Of a stretch of 64,000 bases of DNA, positions 25,977 to 39,143 are shown piece after piece; position 1 is the first letter of the stretch; every line of letters starts with the position of its first letter. The stretch covers positions 7,812,001-7,876,000 of the forward strand of contig NC_092006.1 of NCBI RefSeq assembly GCF_044704955.1, written 5' to 3'. Source of the stretch: Pristiophorus japonicus. Taxonomy: Eukaryota. A program made the position numbers and the translations under genes. The notes under the pieces are model-generated. The model saw only the letters and a program-made list of their open reading frames with translations, had not been told where the DNA came from and searched no databases.

Positions 25977-27563
25977 TGTTGTGCACGCAAGCACTCTAAT
26001 AACGACTCCACGAGATAAGGGTATAGTCCTTGATCTGTAGTGACCTTAGTCCTTTATTGCAGCTCCGAGAGTGAGGATACCAAGAGGTGAGCTCTCTTTG
26101 AAACTTGGTTACCGCAGAGACACGATGTACAAATCTCTGGACAGTGGAGAAAGGATGTTCCGAACGTGCTCCTCATCCTGACGGCCACCTTTGTGTGCGG
26201 CTGCATCAAGCTGTGCACAGACCCACGGTACGCAAACACCAAGTGTCACTACGTGCTGAGGTTCTACCTGTCCCCGGTGTTGCGAAGGATGGGCCTGGCC
26301 ATGCTGCCGCGAAACGCCCCCACCAGTTGGACCATGCCTGTCCACCTGTCCTTCGTGGAAAAGTTCTTCACAAGAAACCCCTTTGACCACAAGGCCATAA
26401 AACAGTGGTCAGCACGTAACGTCCTGGACGCCCTCCGAAAGAAGGAGATGGTGGACCCTGTCAGGTGGTTCCCTGAGCGGACTGTCGAACTCGTTTGGCA
26501 GAACGTCTCATCGCCAGAGCTTTCACACAAGCACCAAGATGTAGCTTGGTTGGCGGTGAGGAGGGCCTTACTCGTCAGAGCGTTCATGTACAGCCGGCGT
26601 CTCAGCAGCACGGCACGGTGCCCCCGAGCCGGCTGCAGGGCGGACGAGGCTGTCACCCATCTCCTTCAGGATTGCCCCTTCGCGAGGCAGGTTTGGAAAG
26701 AGATGCAGTGGTTGCTGTCGAGGTTCATCCCGAGCAGCTCCGTAACACAGGACTCTGTGCTCTACGGGCTGTTCCCAGGGACACACACCCAGACTGACAT
26801 CACCTGCTGCTGGAGGGCCATCAACTCGGTCAAAGACGCTCTTTGGTCTTGCCGAGACTTGCTGGTCTTCCAGAGCAAGGAGATGTCCACAGCTGCGTGT
26901 TGCAGACTGGCGCAATCCACGATCCAGGATTACGTGCTGAGGGACGCACTGAAAATTGGTGCAGTCGCCGCAAAGGCACGGTGGGGAAGGGCCGCAGTTT
27001 AAAACCCTTCTGCCACGGTAAACCCGGGGCAGGAATCAGTACAAAACCCACCTCGGGCCGCACTTGTAACTTATTTTTTGTGTACATGGAGCACCATGAT
27101 CTGTAAACACCTGTGTAGTGCCATGTACAATGCAAGGTCTGTTTCGTAATGCACGTTGAAAAGAAAAATGTAAATGTACCGTCACCCATTCCGTGTACTG
27201 TATAGTGACACACGTAATGTAATTTGTCGAATGTACTACAAGGTATCCCGTATTGTACCAAATTGTACTTGAACTGAAAAGCAAGGAAATGTATCGAACG
27301 GAACTGTCGTCATCACCCAAATGTAGTGTATGGGATTGCTGGCCGCAGCTAAATGTACTGAACTGCTTTTGAATGGACTGTACAAATTTTTATATGAATA
27401 AAGTATATTTTGAAATAAAAAAAATTGGTTACCTGCAGTGTACAGGTGACCCTGAGGTCTCCAGCAGCAGCACCCTCTGGTGGTACAGGTATAGTGTATA
27501 CAGGGTGAAGATACCTTCAGTGGTCTAGTGTTACAGTACATACATTAACATGCATACATAAAA
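25977..27563 (-). mobile_element. Short solo LTR (Gypsy-like) interrupted by a Tx1 insertion
   Basis: Starts tgttg; minus-strand AATAAA at about 26053; imperfect 5-bp TSD ctaac/ctaat; shares caggtgaccct...ggtctcc with the LTR at 39286. Confidence 0.6.
26114..27424 (+). mobile_element. 5'-truncated Tx1/L1-clade LINE
   Basis: ORF to 27002 with C-terminal zinc motif CPRAGC..DEAVTHLLQDC; 3' UTR, AATAAA and A-tail; TSD ttggttacc at 26105 and 27425. Confidence 0.88.
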
Positions 27564-27614
27564 CTAATCGGCAAGACAATAACTCACAGCTGTTGCGTAA
27601 ATGTCTATGAGGCA

Positions 27615-28710
27615 CTTCATGGTATTGGGGGTATGTACTGACGTGGATAGAGAACTGGTTGGCAGACAGGAAGCAGAGAGTCGGGATGAACGGGTCCTTT
27701 TCAGAATAGCAGGCAGTGACTAGTGGGGTGCAGCAGGGCTCAGTGCTGGGACACCAGCTATTTACAACATATATTAAGGATTTGGATGAGGGACAGTAAG
27801 CTGGTTGGCAGTGTGAGCTGTGAGGAGGATGCTAAAAGGCTGCAGGGTGACTTGGACAGGTTAGGTGAGTGGGCAAATACATGGCAGATGCAGTATAATG
27901 TGGATAAATGTGAGGTTATCCACTTTGGTGGCAAAAACACGAAGGCAGAATATTATCTGAATGGCGGCAAATTAGGAAAAGGGGAGGTGCAACGAGACCT
28001 GGGTGTCATGGTACATCAATCATTAAACGTTGGCATGCAGGTACAGCAGGTGGTGAAGAAGGCAAATGGTATGTTGGCCTACATAGCGAGGGGATTTGAG
28101 TATAGGAGCAGGGAGGTCTTACTGCAGTTGTACAGGGCCTTAAGTGAGGCCTCACCTGGAATATTGTGTTCAGTTTTGGTCTCCTAATCTGAGGAAGGAC
28201 ATTCTTGCTATTGAGGGAGTGCAGTGAAGGTTCACCAGGCTGATTCACGGGATGGCAGGATTGACATATGAGGAGAGACTGGATTGACTGGGCCTGTATT
28301 CACTGGAATTTAGAAGGATGAGAGGGGATCTCATAGAAACATATAAAATTCTGATGGGACCGGACAAGTTAGATGCAGGAAGAATGTTCTCGATGTTGGG
28401 GAAGTCCAGAACCAGGGGACATAATCTAAGGATAAGGGGTAAGTCATTTAGGACCGAGATGAGGAGAAACTTCTTCACTCAGAGAATTGTGAACCTGTGG
28501 AATTCTCTACCGCAGAGAGCTGTTGAGGCCAGTTCATTGGATATATTCAAGAGGGAGTTAGATTTGGCTCTTAATGGCTAAAGGGATCAAGGGGTATGGA
28601 GAGAAAGCAGGAAAGGGGTACTGAGGTGAATGATCAGCCATGATCTTATTGAATGGTGGTGCAGGCTTGAAGGGCCGAATGGCCTACTCCTGCGCCTGTT
28701 TCTATCATAG
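27615..28710 (+). mobile_element. CR1 LINE 3' fragment
   Basis: LQGDLDRLGEWA..WQMQYNVDKC; MRGDLIETYK; CR1 tail. Confidence 0.9.
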
Positions 28711-29384
28711 AAAAGGAGTTGTTAATATTTTACATTTTGAAAATGGCTTGGGAATAAAGTTTTGAGAGCTCAGTTTGTTTAAAATTCCTCTTGGGAGCGG
28801 GGGGCGGGGGTGAAACAAAAAGAAATCCTCTTAGGATGAGGACAGACACTCCTGATTCTTCACCTCAGAGAAATGCCTGCTGGGAGATCCTGCAAACTGC
28901 ACCTGCTTTGAATCCACAGATGTGATTGGTCACTACCATCAACTGTTCTGGGCAAAAATATCCAGTCATAGGCATAGGCTTTAGAGATAGGCTGTGACCT
29001 TGAAGTAAACATTTTATTAACAGTATTAGGAGACACAAACAACAAATAGATTCAATTGTGAAATGCATAATTTTTATTGATATTTTTATTGCCGCTGAGA
29101 TTTCTACTTTTTTGGGACATTGGAAATTTCAGTTACTGAGAAAAAAAAAGCGTCTGATTTTTTTTTCTCTCAAAGTATTTCGAATGATTCCATTGCTTTA
29201 CCTGTTTTTATTGGTTTGTTTCTGTGATGTGAAATTCGATGTAATTCTGAGTTTAAAATGTGGATGGAGATACGTTTACCTACCCTGGTCCAAATCTCCT
29301 AATTGGACAGCACTTTCAAAGAGCACGATAGGCCGAGTGGCCTCCTTCTGCGCTGTGTCATTCTACGAACACAACCCAAAAACG

Positions 29385-30165
29385 ATTAGATAAAGTGGTT
29401 AAGAAGCCATAAGGAATACTTTCCTTGATTAGCCAACGCATAGAAGAGCAAGGAGGTTATGCTTGAACTGTATAAAACACTAGTTCGGCCACAGCTGGAG
29501 TATTGCGTGTAGTTCGGGTCACATTACAGGAAAGATGTGATTGCACTAGAGAAGGTACACAGGAGATTTACCATGATGTTCCCTGGACTGGAGAATTTTA
29601 GCTATGAGAGATTGGATAGGCTGGGTTTGTTTTCTTTGGAACAGAGGCGGCTGAGGGGAGACCTTATTGAGGTGCGTAAAATGATGAGGGGCCGAGGTAG
29701 AGTGGATAGGACGGACCTAATTCCCTTAGCAAAAGGGTCAACAACCAGGGGGCATAGATTAATCCCCTGGGAGGACAGACGCACCAACATCAGTGTCCTC
29801 GCCCAGGCTAACATCCCCAGCATTGAAGCACTGACCACACTCGATCAGCTTCGCTGGGCAGGCCACATCGATGGCTCGGAGAGGAATTTTCCCAGATTTT
29901 TTTTCTCCCTAAATTGACCTGGGTTTTTATCTGGATTTTGCCTCTCCCAGGAGATCACATGGCTCCGGTTGGGGTGGAGTGTAGAATGTTTCAGTGCAAG
30001 GGGTGTCGCAGTTGTGTGGGGCGGACTGGTTGGGCTGGGTGCTCTTTGCCTTTCCGCCATTGTTCAATGTTCATAGGTTTATATGTAACCTTCAGGGCTG
30101 CTGACCGAGGGCCGTGCGGCTCTTTGTCGGCCGGCGCGGACACGATGGGCCCAAATGGCTGTAAA
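29385..30165 (+). mobile_element. CR1 fragment with embedded RTE piece (about 29760-29870)
   Basis: RLRGDLIEV joined to IPWEDRRTNISVLAQANIPSIEALTTLDQLRWAGH. Confidence 0.8.
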
Positions 30166-30244
30166 TTTCTATGATTAGATTGATTAGTATTTGCCTTCAT
30201 TCCTGCACGGAGGGATGCGACCAACACCAGAGAAAGTTCGACAA

Positions 30245-30860
30245 TAAGAACATAAGAATTAGGAGCAGGAGTCAGCCATACGGCCCCTCGAGCCCGCTCT
30301 GCCATTCAATACGATCATGGCTGATCTGATCATGGACCGAGCTCCACTTCCCCGCCCGCTCCCCATAACCCCTTATCGTTTAAGAAAATATCTTAAATTT
30401 ATTCAATGTCCCAGCTTCCACAGCTCTCTGAGGCAGCGAATTCCACAGATTTACAAACCTCTGAGAGAAGAAATTTCTCCTCATCTCAGTTTTAAATGGA
30501 CGGCCCCTTATTCTAAGATCGTGCCCCCTAGTTCTAGTCACCCCCATCAGTGGAAACATCCTCTCTGCATTCACCTTGTCAAGCCCCCTCATAATCTTAT
30601 ACGTTTCGATAAGATCACCTCTCATTCTTCTGAATTCCAATGAGTAGAGGCCCAACCTACTCAACCTTTCCTCATAAATCAACCCCCGCATCCCCGGAAT
30701 CAACCGAGTGAACCTTCTCTGAACTGCCTCCAAAGCAAGTATATCCTTTCGTAAATATGGAAACCAAAACTGCACGCAGTACTCCAGGTGTGGCCTCACC
30801 AATACCCTGTATAACTGTAGTAAGACTTCCCTGCTTTTATACTCCATCCCCTAAGGCCAA
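30245..30860 (-). mobile_element. CR1 LINE 3' fragment
   Basis: MEYKSREVLLQLYRVLVRPHLEYCVQFW...LWNSLPQRAVEA. Confidence 0.92.
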
Positions 30861-32687
30861 GATACCATCAGACCAATTCTATCGTCGATCGGGAGTAGTC
30901 CTCTCCCTTCACTCCGGATCCGCTATATTTTATTCCATTTAATGTTTTACGCCCGACAGCCGTGAGGTTTGATCCTCTCCTAAAGTTCCCATCCAGCAGA
31001 GAATATACGGCAGACACAGGCCATTCGGCCCAACCAGTCCGTGCCGGCGTTTATGCTCCACACGAGCCTCCTCCCGTCTTTCCCCATCCAAATCTATCAG
31101 CATAACCCTCTATTCCCTTCTCTGCCATACGCTTGTCCAGCCTCCCCTTAAATGCCTCGACACTATTCGCCTCAACCCCTCCCTGTGGCAGCGAGTTCCA
31201 CATTCTCACCGCTCTCTGGGTAAAGAAGTTTCTCCTAAATTCCCCATTGTGGTTCTTGGCCCCTCCTTATCTCTTTCAGCCTCACAACCCCCCATGAGAT
31301 CTCTGCGCTCTTCCAATTCTGCCCTCGAGCATCCCCGATTATAATCGCTCCACCATCGGTGGCCGTGCCTTCTGTTGCCTGGGCCCCAAGCTCTGGAACT
31401 CCCTCCCTAAACCTCTCCGCCTCTCTTACCTCCTTTAAGACACTCCTTTTTAACTGAATTTAAATTCCCCCGGTGGGATTTGAACCCGGATCATTAATCC
31501 AGGGTCTGTATTACTGGTCCAGTAACATCATTGCTGTGACCGTTGCTGTGACTGCACTCCAAAAGTACTTCATTGGCTGTGAAGCGCTTTTTGGGCCGTC
31601 CTGAAGACAAGCACGTTCTTTCCTTGTTGTCCATTAATGCCGTTACTATCCAGTGCCTGGTATCCAGTCGTCGTGGACCCCCTTGCCACTGGACCAAGAC
31701 CGTGCTCTGTCGAGCCCGTGTGATAGCCAGTGTGCAATGGCCACCCCACGTTCAAAGAACTCACGCACAGCTATCTTCCGCTCCTCTAACGTGAAGGTCG
31801 GGACGTGGAACATCACACCTAAGGGCTGGTGTTAAGAGCGGAAGCAAGTCTTCCTCGATTCCGAGGGACTGCTTATGACTACCTCTTTGACCAAGCTTTT
31901 GGGCATATGCCGTAATTTCTTCTTAACTTCAAATTTATATTTCGTCTTCATCGTCCCCTCGAAATCGAGGAAGATTTGCTTCCACTCGAAAGGTGAGTTC
32001 TCAGGTGACTGAACAGGAATTAGTCTCTGTCACAGGTGGGACAGACAGTGGTTGAGGGAAAGGGTGGGTGGGGAGTCTGATGCAGTCTTACAACACTGCT
32101 GTGAAGCACCTTCGGACGTTAAAAGGCGCTATATAAATAGACGTCATGGTTGTTTGACCAGCTTATATTGATGGCCTCTAGTTATGCTCTTCCCCACAAG
32201 TGGAAACACTCTCTCTGTATCCACTCGATCAAAACCTTTCATCATTTTAATGAACTCGATTCAGTCACCCCCTTGGCCTTTTTTCAAGTGCAAAGAGACC
32301 CACTCTGTTCATCCTTTCCTGATTATGTCGACCCTCGCATTTCTGGTGTCATCCATGTAAATCTTATTTGCATTCTCTGCAGTATCTCTACAACCTTTTT
32401 GTAATAAACCTCAGCTCTCATTGTGCAACCCACTAATGGAGCTGTTACTGTTTGTGGTTTGTGTGGTCTTGGATGAACAAATTAAACATTATTTCTATCG
32501 TCCTCGCCCCAAGGCCAATTCTGCATCCGGGACATGAAATGTGGCCACCTTCTGGGTCACTGACAAAGAAGCCTCTAGTCTTGCATTTTAATGTCATTGT
32601 TCTCAGGATATGGCCTCGTTTATTGCCCCTCCCTGCCGTAAATTAGGTCAACTCTGATCACATTGGAAAACACAGCAATTTTCGCAC

Positions 32688-33981
32688 CAGTCGTGGCTCA
32701 GTGGGTCGCACTCTCTCTCGCATGCGCCTCGGAGCCAAAAGGTCGTTGGTTCAAATCCCACTCGAGAGACTTGAGCACATAATCCAGGCTGACACTCCCA
32801 GTGCAGTGCAAGTGCTGAGGGAGCGCCGCACTGTTGGAGGGGCAGTGCTGAGGGAGTGCCCCACTGTTGGAGGGGCGGTGCTGAGGGAGCGCCGCACTGT
32901 CGGAGGGGCGGTACTGAGGGAGTGCCACACTGTCGGAGGGGCGGTACTGAGGGAGCGCCGCACTGTCGGAGGGGGCGATACTGAGGGAGCGCCGCACTGT
33001 CGGAGGGGGCAATACTGAGGGAGCGCTGCACTGTCGGAGGGGGCAATACTGAGGGAGCGCTGCACTGTCGGAGGGGGCAATACTGAGGGAGCGCTGCACT
33101 GTCGGATGGGCGGTACTGAGGGAGCGCTGCACTGTCGGATGGGTGGTACTGAGGGAGCGCCGCACTGTCGGAGGGGCGGTGCTGAGGGAGTGCCGCACTG
33201 TCGGAGGGGCGGTGCTGAGCACCTCAAGTCTCGTCGCCGAGAGCATGCAGAAAGCAAGTACAGGCAGCGGAAGGAGCGTGCGACAAACCAGACTCCCCAC
33301 CCACCCTTTCCTTCAACCACTGTCTGTCCTACCTGTGACAGAGACTGTAATTACTGTATTGGACTGTATAGTCTTCCGAGTTCGAGGGACTGTCTATGAT
33401 GACGACTAAGGGAGTGCCGTACTGAGGGAACACTGCAGTCGGAGGGGCAGTACTGAGGGAGTGCCGCACTGTCGGAGGTGCCGTCTTTCGGAAGAGAAGT
33501 TCAACCGAGGCCCCGTCTGCCCCCTCAGGTGGATGTAAAAGATCCCGGGGCCACTATTGGAAGAAGAGCAGGGGGAGTTCTCCCCGGTGTCCTGGGGCCA
33601 ATGTTTATCCCTCAACCAACATCACTAAAACAGATGATCCGGGTCATTATCACATTGCTGTGTGTGGGAGCTTGCTGTGCGCAAATTGAGCTGCCGCGTT
33701 TCCCACAATACAACAGTGACTGCACGTAAAAACAAAGTAGTTGATTGGCTGTGAAGCGCTCTGGGGTGTCCTGAGAGCGCGAAAGGCGCAATAGAAACAT
33801 AGAAAATAGGTGCAGGAGTAGGCCATTCGGCCCTTCGAGCCTGCACCGCCATTCAATGAGTTCATGGCTGAACATGCAACTTCAGTACCCCATTCCTGCT
33901 TTCTCGCCATACCCCTTGATCCCCCGAGTAGTAAGGACTACATCTAACTCCTTGTTGAATATAGAAATGCAAGTCTTTCTT
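32688..33981 (+). mobile_element. DeuSINE with 33/34-bp array, interrupted by an RTE 3' end (about 33220-33408) and a CR1 tail (about 33793-33962)
   Basis: Head gtggctcagtggg...ggttcaaatccc; Deu domain resumes after each insert; ends next to the PSMB4 poly(A) signal. Confidence 0.85.
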
Positions 33982-33990
33982 TGAAGGTAT

Positions 33991-34000
33991 TTTATTTATT
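33991..34000 (-). terminator. PSMB4 polyadenylation signal (two overlapping AATAAA)
   Basis: Plus-strand tttatttatt reads AATAAATAAA on the minus strand, about 160 nt after the stop codon. Confidence 0.7.
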
Positions 34001-34156
34001 TGTGTGTTTTCCCACCCTTATAAAATATCGACATCACAGTAAATACAATGAAAAGATAAGTCGCAGCGCAGTGAACAATGGCTTTCAGTCAGTCCGTGTG
34101 GGGCGAAGCGTCTGCTCCCGTTGGTTTGTCAGCTGTTCCGCTAACTCCTCCGTCTT

Positions 34157-34169
34157 CTACTCAAACCCG
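34157..34169 (-). CDS. PSMB4: PSMB4 coding exon 8 (SGFE-stop)
   Basis: Acceptor tttctttatttcag, then C GGG TTT GAG TAG, completing the conserved C-terminus MISGFE. Exon lengths sum to 786 nt = 261 aa + stop. Confidence 0.93.
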
Positions 34170-34314
34170 CTGAAATAAAGAAACGCAGCGGTCATTAACA
34201 TTAGGGTGCGAGGACATCGAGGGGCCCCACTGTCCAGGGCAGAGATTGGACATCCACAGGCAATACTCTGCGAGAGCCTGCTGTTTCCCAACGTTCATCA
34301 TCATCTCCGATGGC

Positions 34315-34930
34315 GCGCTGTCGGAGGGGCGGTACTGAGGGAGCGCCGCACTGTCGGAGGGGCGGTACTGAGGGAGTGCCGCACTGTCGGAGGGGCGGCA
34401 CCGAGGGAGCGCCGCGCTGTCGGAGGGGCGGCACCGAGGGTCGGAGGGGCGGCACCGAGGGAGCGCCGCGCTGTCGGAGGGGCGGTACCGAGGGAGCGCC
34501 GCGCTGTCGGAGGGGCGGCACCGAGGGAGCGCCGCGCTGTCGGAGGGGCGGCACCGAGGGAGCGCCGCGCTGTCGGAGGGGCGGCGCTGAGGGAGCGCCG
34601 CGCTGTCGGAGGGGCGGTGCTGAGGGAGCGCCGCGCTGTCGGAGGGGCGGTGCTGAGGGAGCGCCGCGCTGTCGGAGGGGCAGCGCTGAGGGAGCGTGTC
34701 GGAGGGGCAGCACTGAGGGAGCGCCGCACTGTCGGAGGGGCAGTACTGAGGGAGCGCCGCACTGTCGGAGGGGCAGCACTGAGGGAGCGCCGCACTGTCG
34801 GAGGGGCAGCACTGAGGGAGCGCCGTACTGTCGGAGGGGCAGCACTGAGGGAGTGCCGCACTGTTGGGAGCTGCCGTCTATCGGATGGGACTCCTGTCTG
34901 CTCTCTCAGCTGGACGGAAAATCACCGGCG
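34315..34930 (+). repeat. DeuSINE-derived 33-bp array (about 17 copies) in PSMB4 intron 7
   Basis: Unit ctgtcggaggggcgg(t/c)ac(t/c)gagggagcgccgc(a/g); occupies most of the intron. Confidence 0.92.
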
Positions 34931-34949
34931 ACATCTCGCTCAAGTTTAC

Positions 34950-35038
34950 CTGATCATGTGCGCTATTTCCCAGTTGGTGTCCGTGGATAGCGGTCCCTCA
35001 ATCTCCACGCCAGCCGCGCTCACCGTCGCTATCTGGTA
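34950..35038 (-). CDS. PSMB4: PSMB4 coding exon 7
   Basis: Acceptor ttgcctccgcag. Reads [29 protein letters not shown]. Donor AG|GTAAAC; 89 nt. Confidence 0.96.
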
Positions 35039-35824
35039 CTGCGGAGGCAAACGGCAAACCGGTGGTTACATCGCTGCTGCGATGAGCAAAGGCGATTTAC
35101 AAGTGAAATATTGTCAGGAAGAACTGGTGAGCAATAAATCCCGCTGCAGCAGGCGAGGCTGGAAACCAATTAAGTCGGGAAACCGTTTGAAATGAAGTGA
35201 CTAATGAACACTGCAGCCAGGCAGTGGCAGGAGGTCAGGCTGGTGTTTGGCTCAGCAATTGCTCACGGGGCAATCTCCGACACTGGCCGCTGGCAGTGTC
35301 ACTTGCTGCCTGAATTCCCAATGTTACATCGAAATTTATCAGGATTAATTTCGCAGAATCTCGTCGCACAGGAGGATCCCATTGGGCCCACGGAGCCCGT
35401 GCTGTGCCGGCTCTGTGACAGAGCGATCCAATCAGTCCCACTCCCCCCCTGCTCTTTCCCCACAGCCCGGCACATTTCCCCCCTTCCGGTATTTACCCAA
35501 CTCCCCCGTTTGAAAGCCCCCGATTGAATCTGCTCCCACCGCCCTTTCAGGCAGCGCGTTCCCAATCACAACAACTCGCTGCGTCAAAAACACAGTCTCC
35601 CCATCTCCCCCCTCTGGTTCCATCGCCGATTATCGTCAATCTGTGTCCCCCTGGTTACCCACCCTCCTGCCCCCGGGAACAGTCTCTCCTGATTTACTCC
35701 TCAAAAACCCTCGTGATTCTGAACATCTCGGTTAAATCTCCGCCTTAACCCCGTCTCTGCTCAAAGGGGCAATACTGAGGGAGAACAATCCCAGCTTCTC
35801 CAGTCTCTACAAATAAAAAAAATT

Positions 35825-36295
35825 AATTCGCGGGATGAGTGCGTCGCTGGCAAGGACGGTATTTATTGCCCATCCCCCTAACTGCCCCTTGAGAAGGTGG
35901 TGGTGAGCCGCCTTCTTGAACCGCTGCAGTCCCGTGTGGTGAAGGTGCTCCCACAGCGTGACTTTGTCCGAGCGGTTTGTTACAGCCGAGTGGCTCTCTC
36001 GGCTGTTAAGAGTCAACCACGTCGCTGTGGGTCTGGAGTCACAAATAGGCCAGACCGGGGTAAGGGCGGCAGATTTCCTTCCGTGAAGGACATTAGTGAA
36101 CCAGATGGGTTTTTTTTTTTATGACAATCCGGTAGTTTCGTGGTCACCATTACTGATTCCAGCTTTTTAATTCCAGATTTATTTAATGAACTGAATTTAA
36201 ATTCCCCAGCTGCCGCGGTGGGATTTGAACTTGGGTCTCCTGATCTTTAGTCCAGGGTCTGGGTTACGAGTGCACTAACATAACCGCTACGCTGC
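35825..36295 (-). mobile_element. tRNA-derived SINE (same family as 5020-5362)
   Basis: B-box aagttcaaatccc; LINE-like tail. Confidence 0.78.
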
Positions 36296-36659
36296 AAGGC
36301 AGATGTTGAAGAAAAGAATTGTTCGTGCCACCAGCTGGCTGTCCGATCGGGACTAGTACCAGCCACTTGTCGTGGTCGTATGTCTATCCTAAGTGTGTGT
36401 TTGGCTATACTTGAACCACCACTCCCTTAATAAAATGCCTTATAACCCCCAAGACCCTTGCGGTTGTGTGTGTGTGTTACCTGTAATCCAAATCTTAGTG
36501 TCTCAGAGGCAGTGATGACGTGTTTGCGAGTGAATCCAAAATCATGAGCCCCAAAGCTTATTAGCCACCCTGGTTTTGCTCTCCCGAACCCCTTCCAAAT
36601 CTCTCGACTTCTGCACCCTCCTTTGAAGACCAGCTCGAAACCCATTTGTTAAACGCAGC

Positions 36660-37890
36660 TTTCAGTGCCCCCCTCCCCCCCTCCGTTGTTATTTCTGCGT
36701 CAAGCACCCTCGGAAAGGTGCCAGACTCGTGCGACACAGGTACTCTACCCGGGCGGACAGACGGCAATCGGGGTGGGTCTTCCCCCCCCCCTCTCCAAAC
36801 CTGACTGCAGCAGCATGGCTGAGCCAGCGCACAGCAGGATCCAACGTGTATCCTCCCAGGGCTGCGCGCACAGTCAGCGTTCTCTCTCTCTCTTAGGCCA
36901 ACGTCCCCAGCATTGACCACGCTGGACCAGCTTAGGTGGGCGGGCCACATTGTCCATGGCATGTTGGCCTTCATAGCGAGGGGATTTGAGTACAGGAGCA
37001 GGGAGGTCTTACTGCAGTTGTACAGGGCCTTGGTGAGGCCACACCTGGAATATTGTGTCCAGTTTTGGTCTCCTAATCTGAGGAAGGACGTTCTTGCTAT
37101 TGAGGGAGTGCAGCGAAGGTTCACCAGACTGATTCCCGGGATGGCAGGACTGACATGAGGAGAGACTGGATCGACTGGGCTTATATTCACTGGAATTTAG
37201 AAGAATGAGAGGGGACCTCATAGAAACGTATAAAATTCTGACGGGATTGGACAGGTTAGATGCGGGAAGAATGTTCCCGATGTTGGGGGAAGTCCAGAAC
37301 CAGGGGTCACAGACTAAGGATAAGGGGTAAGCCATTTAGGACCGAGATGAGGAGAAACTAGAGAATTGTGAACCTGTGGAATTCTCTACCACAGAAAGTT
37401 GTTGAGGCCAGTTTGTTAGATATATTCAAAAGGGAGTTAGATGTGGCCCTTACGGCTAAAGGGATCAAGGGGTATGGAGAGAAAGCAGGAATGGGGTACT
37501 GAAGTGCATCATCAGCCATGATCATATGGAAGGGCCGAATGGCCTACTCCCGCACCTATTTTCTATGTTTCTATGTCCGCGTGCCCGATACTGGGCTCCT
37601 GCAACAAGCACTCTACTCTGAGCTGCGTCACAGCAAGTGGGCAGAGAAAACGCTTCAAGGACACCCTTCAAAGCCTCCATGAAAAGAAATGCAACATCCC
37701 CACCGACACCTGGGAATCCCCGGCCCAAGACCCACTCAGAAGCAACTGAGAAGGCGCCGAACACCTCGAGTCTCTTCACCGGGAGCACGCGGAAGCCAAG
37801 CACAGACAGCGGAAGGAGCGCACAACAACCCAAGCACCCCCCCCACCCACCCACCCGTCCCTCCAACCACCGTCTGCTCCACCTGTGATA
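36660..37890 (+). mobile_element. RTE fragment interrupted by a CR1 3' fragment (about 36955-37575)
   Basis: TTLDQLRWAGHIV (RTE) fused to GMLAFIARGFEYRSREV (CR1); RTE sequence resumes after the CR1 tail. Confidence 0.85.
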
Positions 37891-37987
37891 GCACTTCATT
37901 GGCTGGAAAGCGCTTTGAGACGTTCAGTGGTCATGAAAGACACTATAGAAATGCAAGTCTTTTCCTCCCCTCCCTCTTCAATTCTTA

Positions 37988-38592
37988 GAATAAAAGCAGG
38001 GAAGTCTTGCTACAGTTATACAGGGTATTGGCGAGGCCACACCTGGAGTACTGCGTGCAGTTTTGGTTTCCATATTTACGAAAGGATATACTTGCTTTGG
38101 AGGCAGCTCAGAGAAGGTTCACTCGGTTGATTCCGGAGATGAGGGGGTTGTCTTATGAGGAAAGGTTGAGGAGTTTGGGCCTCTACTCATTGGAATTCAG
38201 AAGAATGAGAGGTGATCTTATCGAAACGTATAAGATTATGAGGGGGGCTCGACAAGGTGGATGCAGAGAGGATGTTTCCACTGATGGGGGAGACTAGAAC
38301 TAGGGGGCATGGTCTTAGAATAAAGGGCCGGCCCATTTAAAACTGAGATGAGGAGAAATTTCTTCTCTCAGAGGGTTGTAAATCTGTGGAATTCTCTGCC
38401 TCAGAGAGCTGTGGAAGCCGGGACATTGAATATATTTAAGACAGAGATAGACAGTTTCTTAACCGATAAGGGGGCGGGCAGGGAAGTGGAGCTGAGTCCA
38501 TGATCGGATCAGCCATGATCGTATTAAATGGCGGAGCAGGCTCGAGGGGCCGTATGGCCGACTCCTGCTCCTATTTCTGATGTTCTTATGTT
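37988..38592 (+). mobile_element. CR1 LINE 3' fragment
   Basis: LQLYRVLARPHLEYCVQFW...; tail tatttctgatgttcttatg. Confidence 0.9.
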
Positions 38593-38784
38593 CTCTAACA
38601 TTGTCCAGCTCCGACCTGAAACGTTAACTCTCGTTTCTCGCTCTGCACAGATGCTGCCCGACCCGCCGAGCGTTTCTCAGTATTAAAAGATGCCCGTTTG
38701 GCTGGCGATGGTCTCGGGTGCTGTCCCCAGTACCCGCCTTAACCCACGCCATACCCCCCCCCCCCCCCTCCTTCGGTCTCTTAC

Positions 38785-38901
38785 CCGGTTGTAGGAGCGG
38801 GCGTCCCGGTAATACAGGACCTTCAGGCAGCGCTCGATCAGCTGCCGGGCCTCGTCTTTCGAAATCAGCGGCCGATTTTCAGCCACCTCCCGCATCAGGG
38901 G
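38785..38901 (-). CDS. PSMB4: PSMB4 coding exon 6
   Basis: Acceptor cccacctctgcag. Reads [39 protein letters not shown]. Donor GTAAGA; 117 nt. Confidence 0.97.
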
Positions 38902-39016
38902 CTGCAGAGGTGGGAAGGGAAGGGGAGAGAATCAGCACAGGAGGGGGGCCGCAAGGAGCGGTTGAAACAGATTTCAGAAAGCGCGGGGCGCCGCGGCTGA
39001 AAGATGGAGAGCTCAC

Positions 39017-39098
39017 CTGTGCCAGATACGCCCCGAAGCCCGTTGCCACCGTCGGCGATTCGTAGGCAACGCCAAGCTTGTCCACGTAACCGAGGAAA
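39017..39098 (-). CDS. PSMB4: PSMB4 coding exon 5
   Basis: Acceptor tctcctctgcag. Reads [27 protein letters not shown]. Donor GTGAGC; 82 nt. Confidence 0.97.
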
Positions 39099-39143
39099 CT
39101 GCAGAGGAGATTTGGTAAACGGTTGAAAAAAAATATATATACA

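Noticed and set aside
32688-32765. tRNA-like sequences with A and B boxes (also near 4560-4633, 24100-24168, 41405-41480)
   Set aside because: They are SINE heads continuous with SINE bodies, not tRNA genes.
34175-34310. Possible intronic C/D snoRNA (minus-strand ATGATGA) in PSMB4 intron 7
   Set aside because: No downstream CTGA D box or terminal stem was found.
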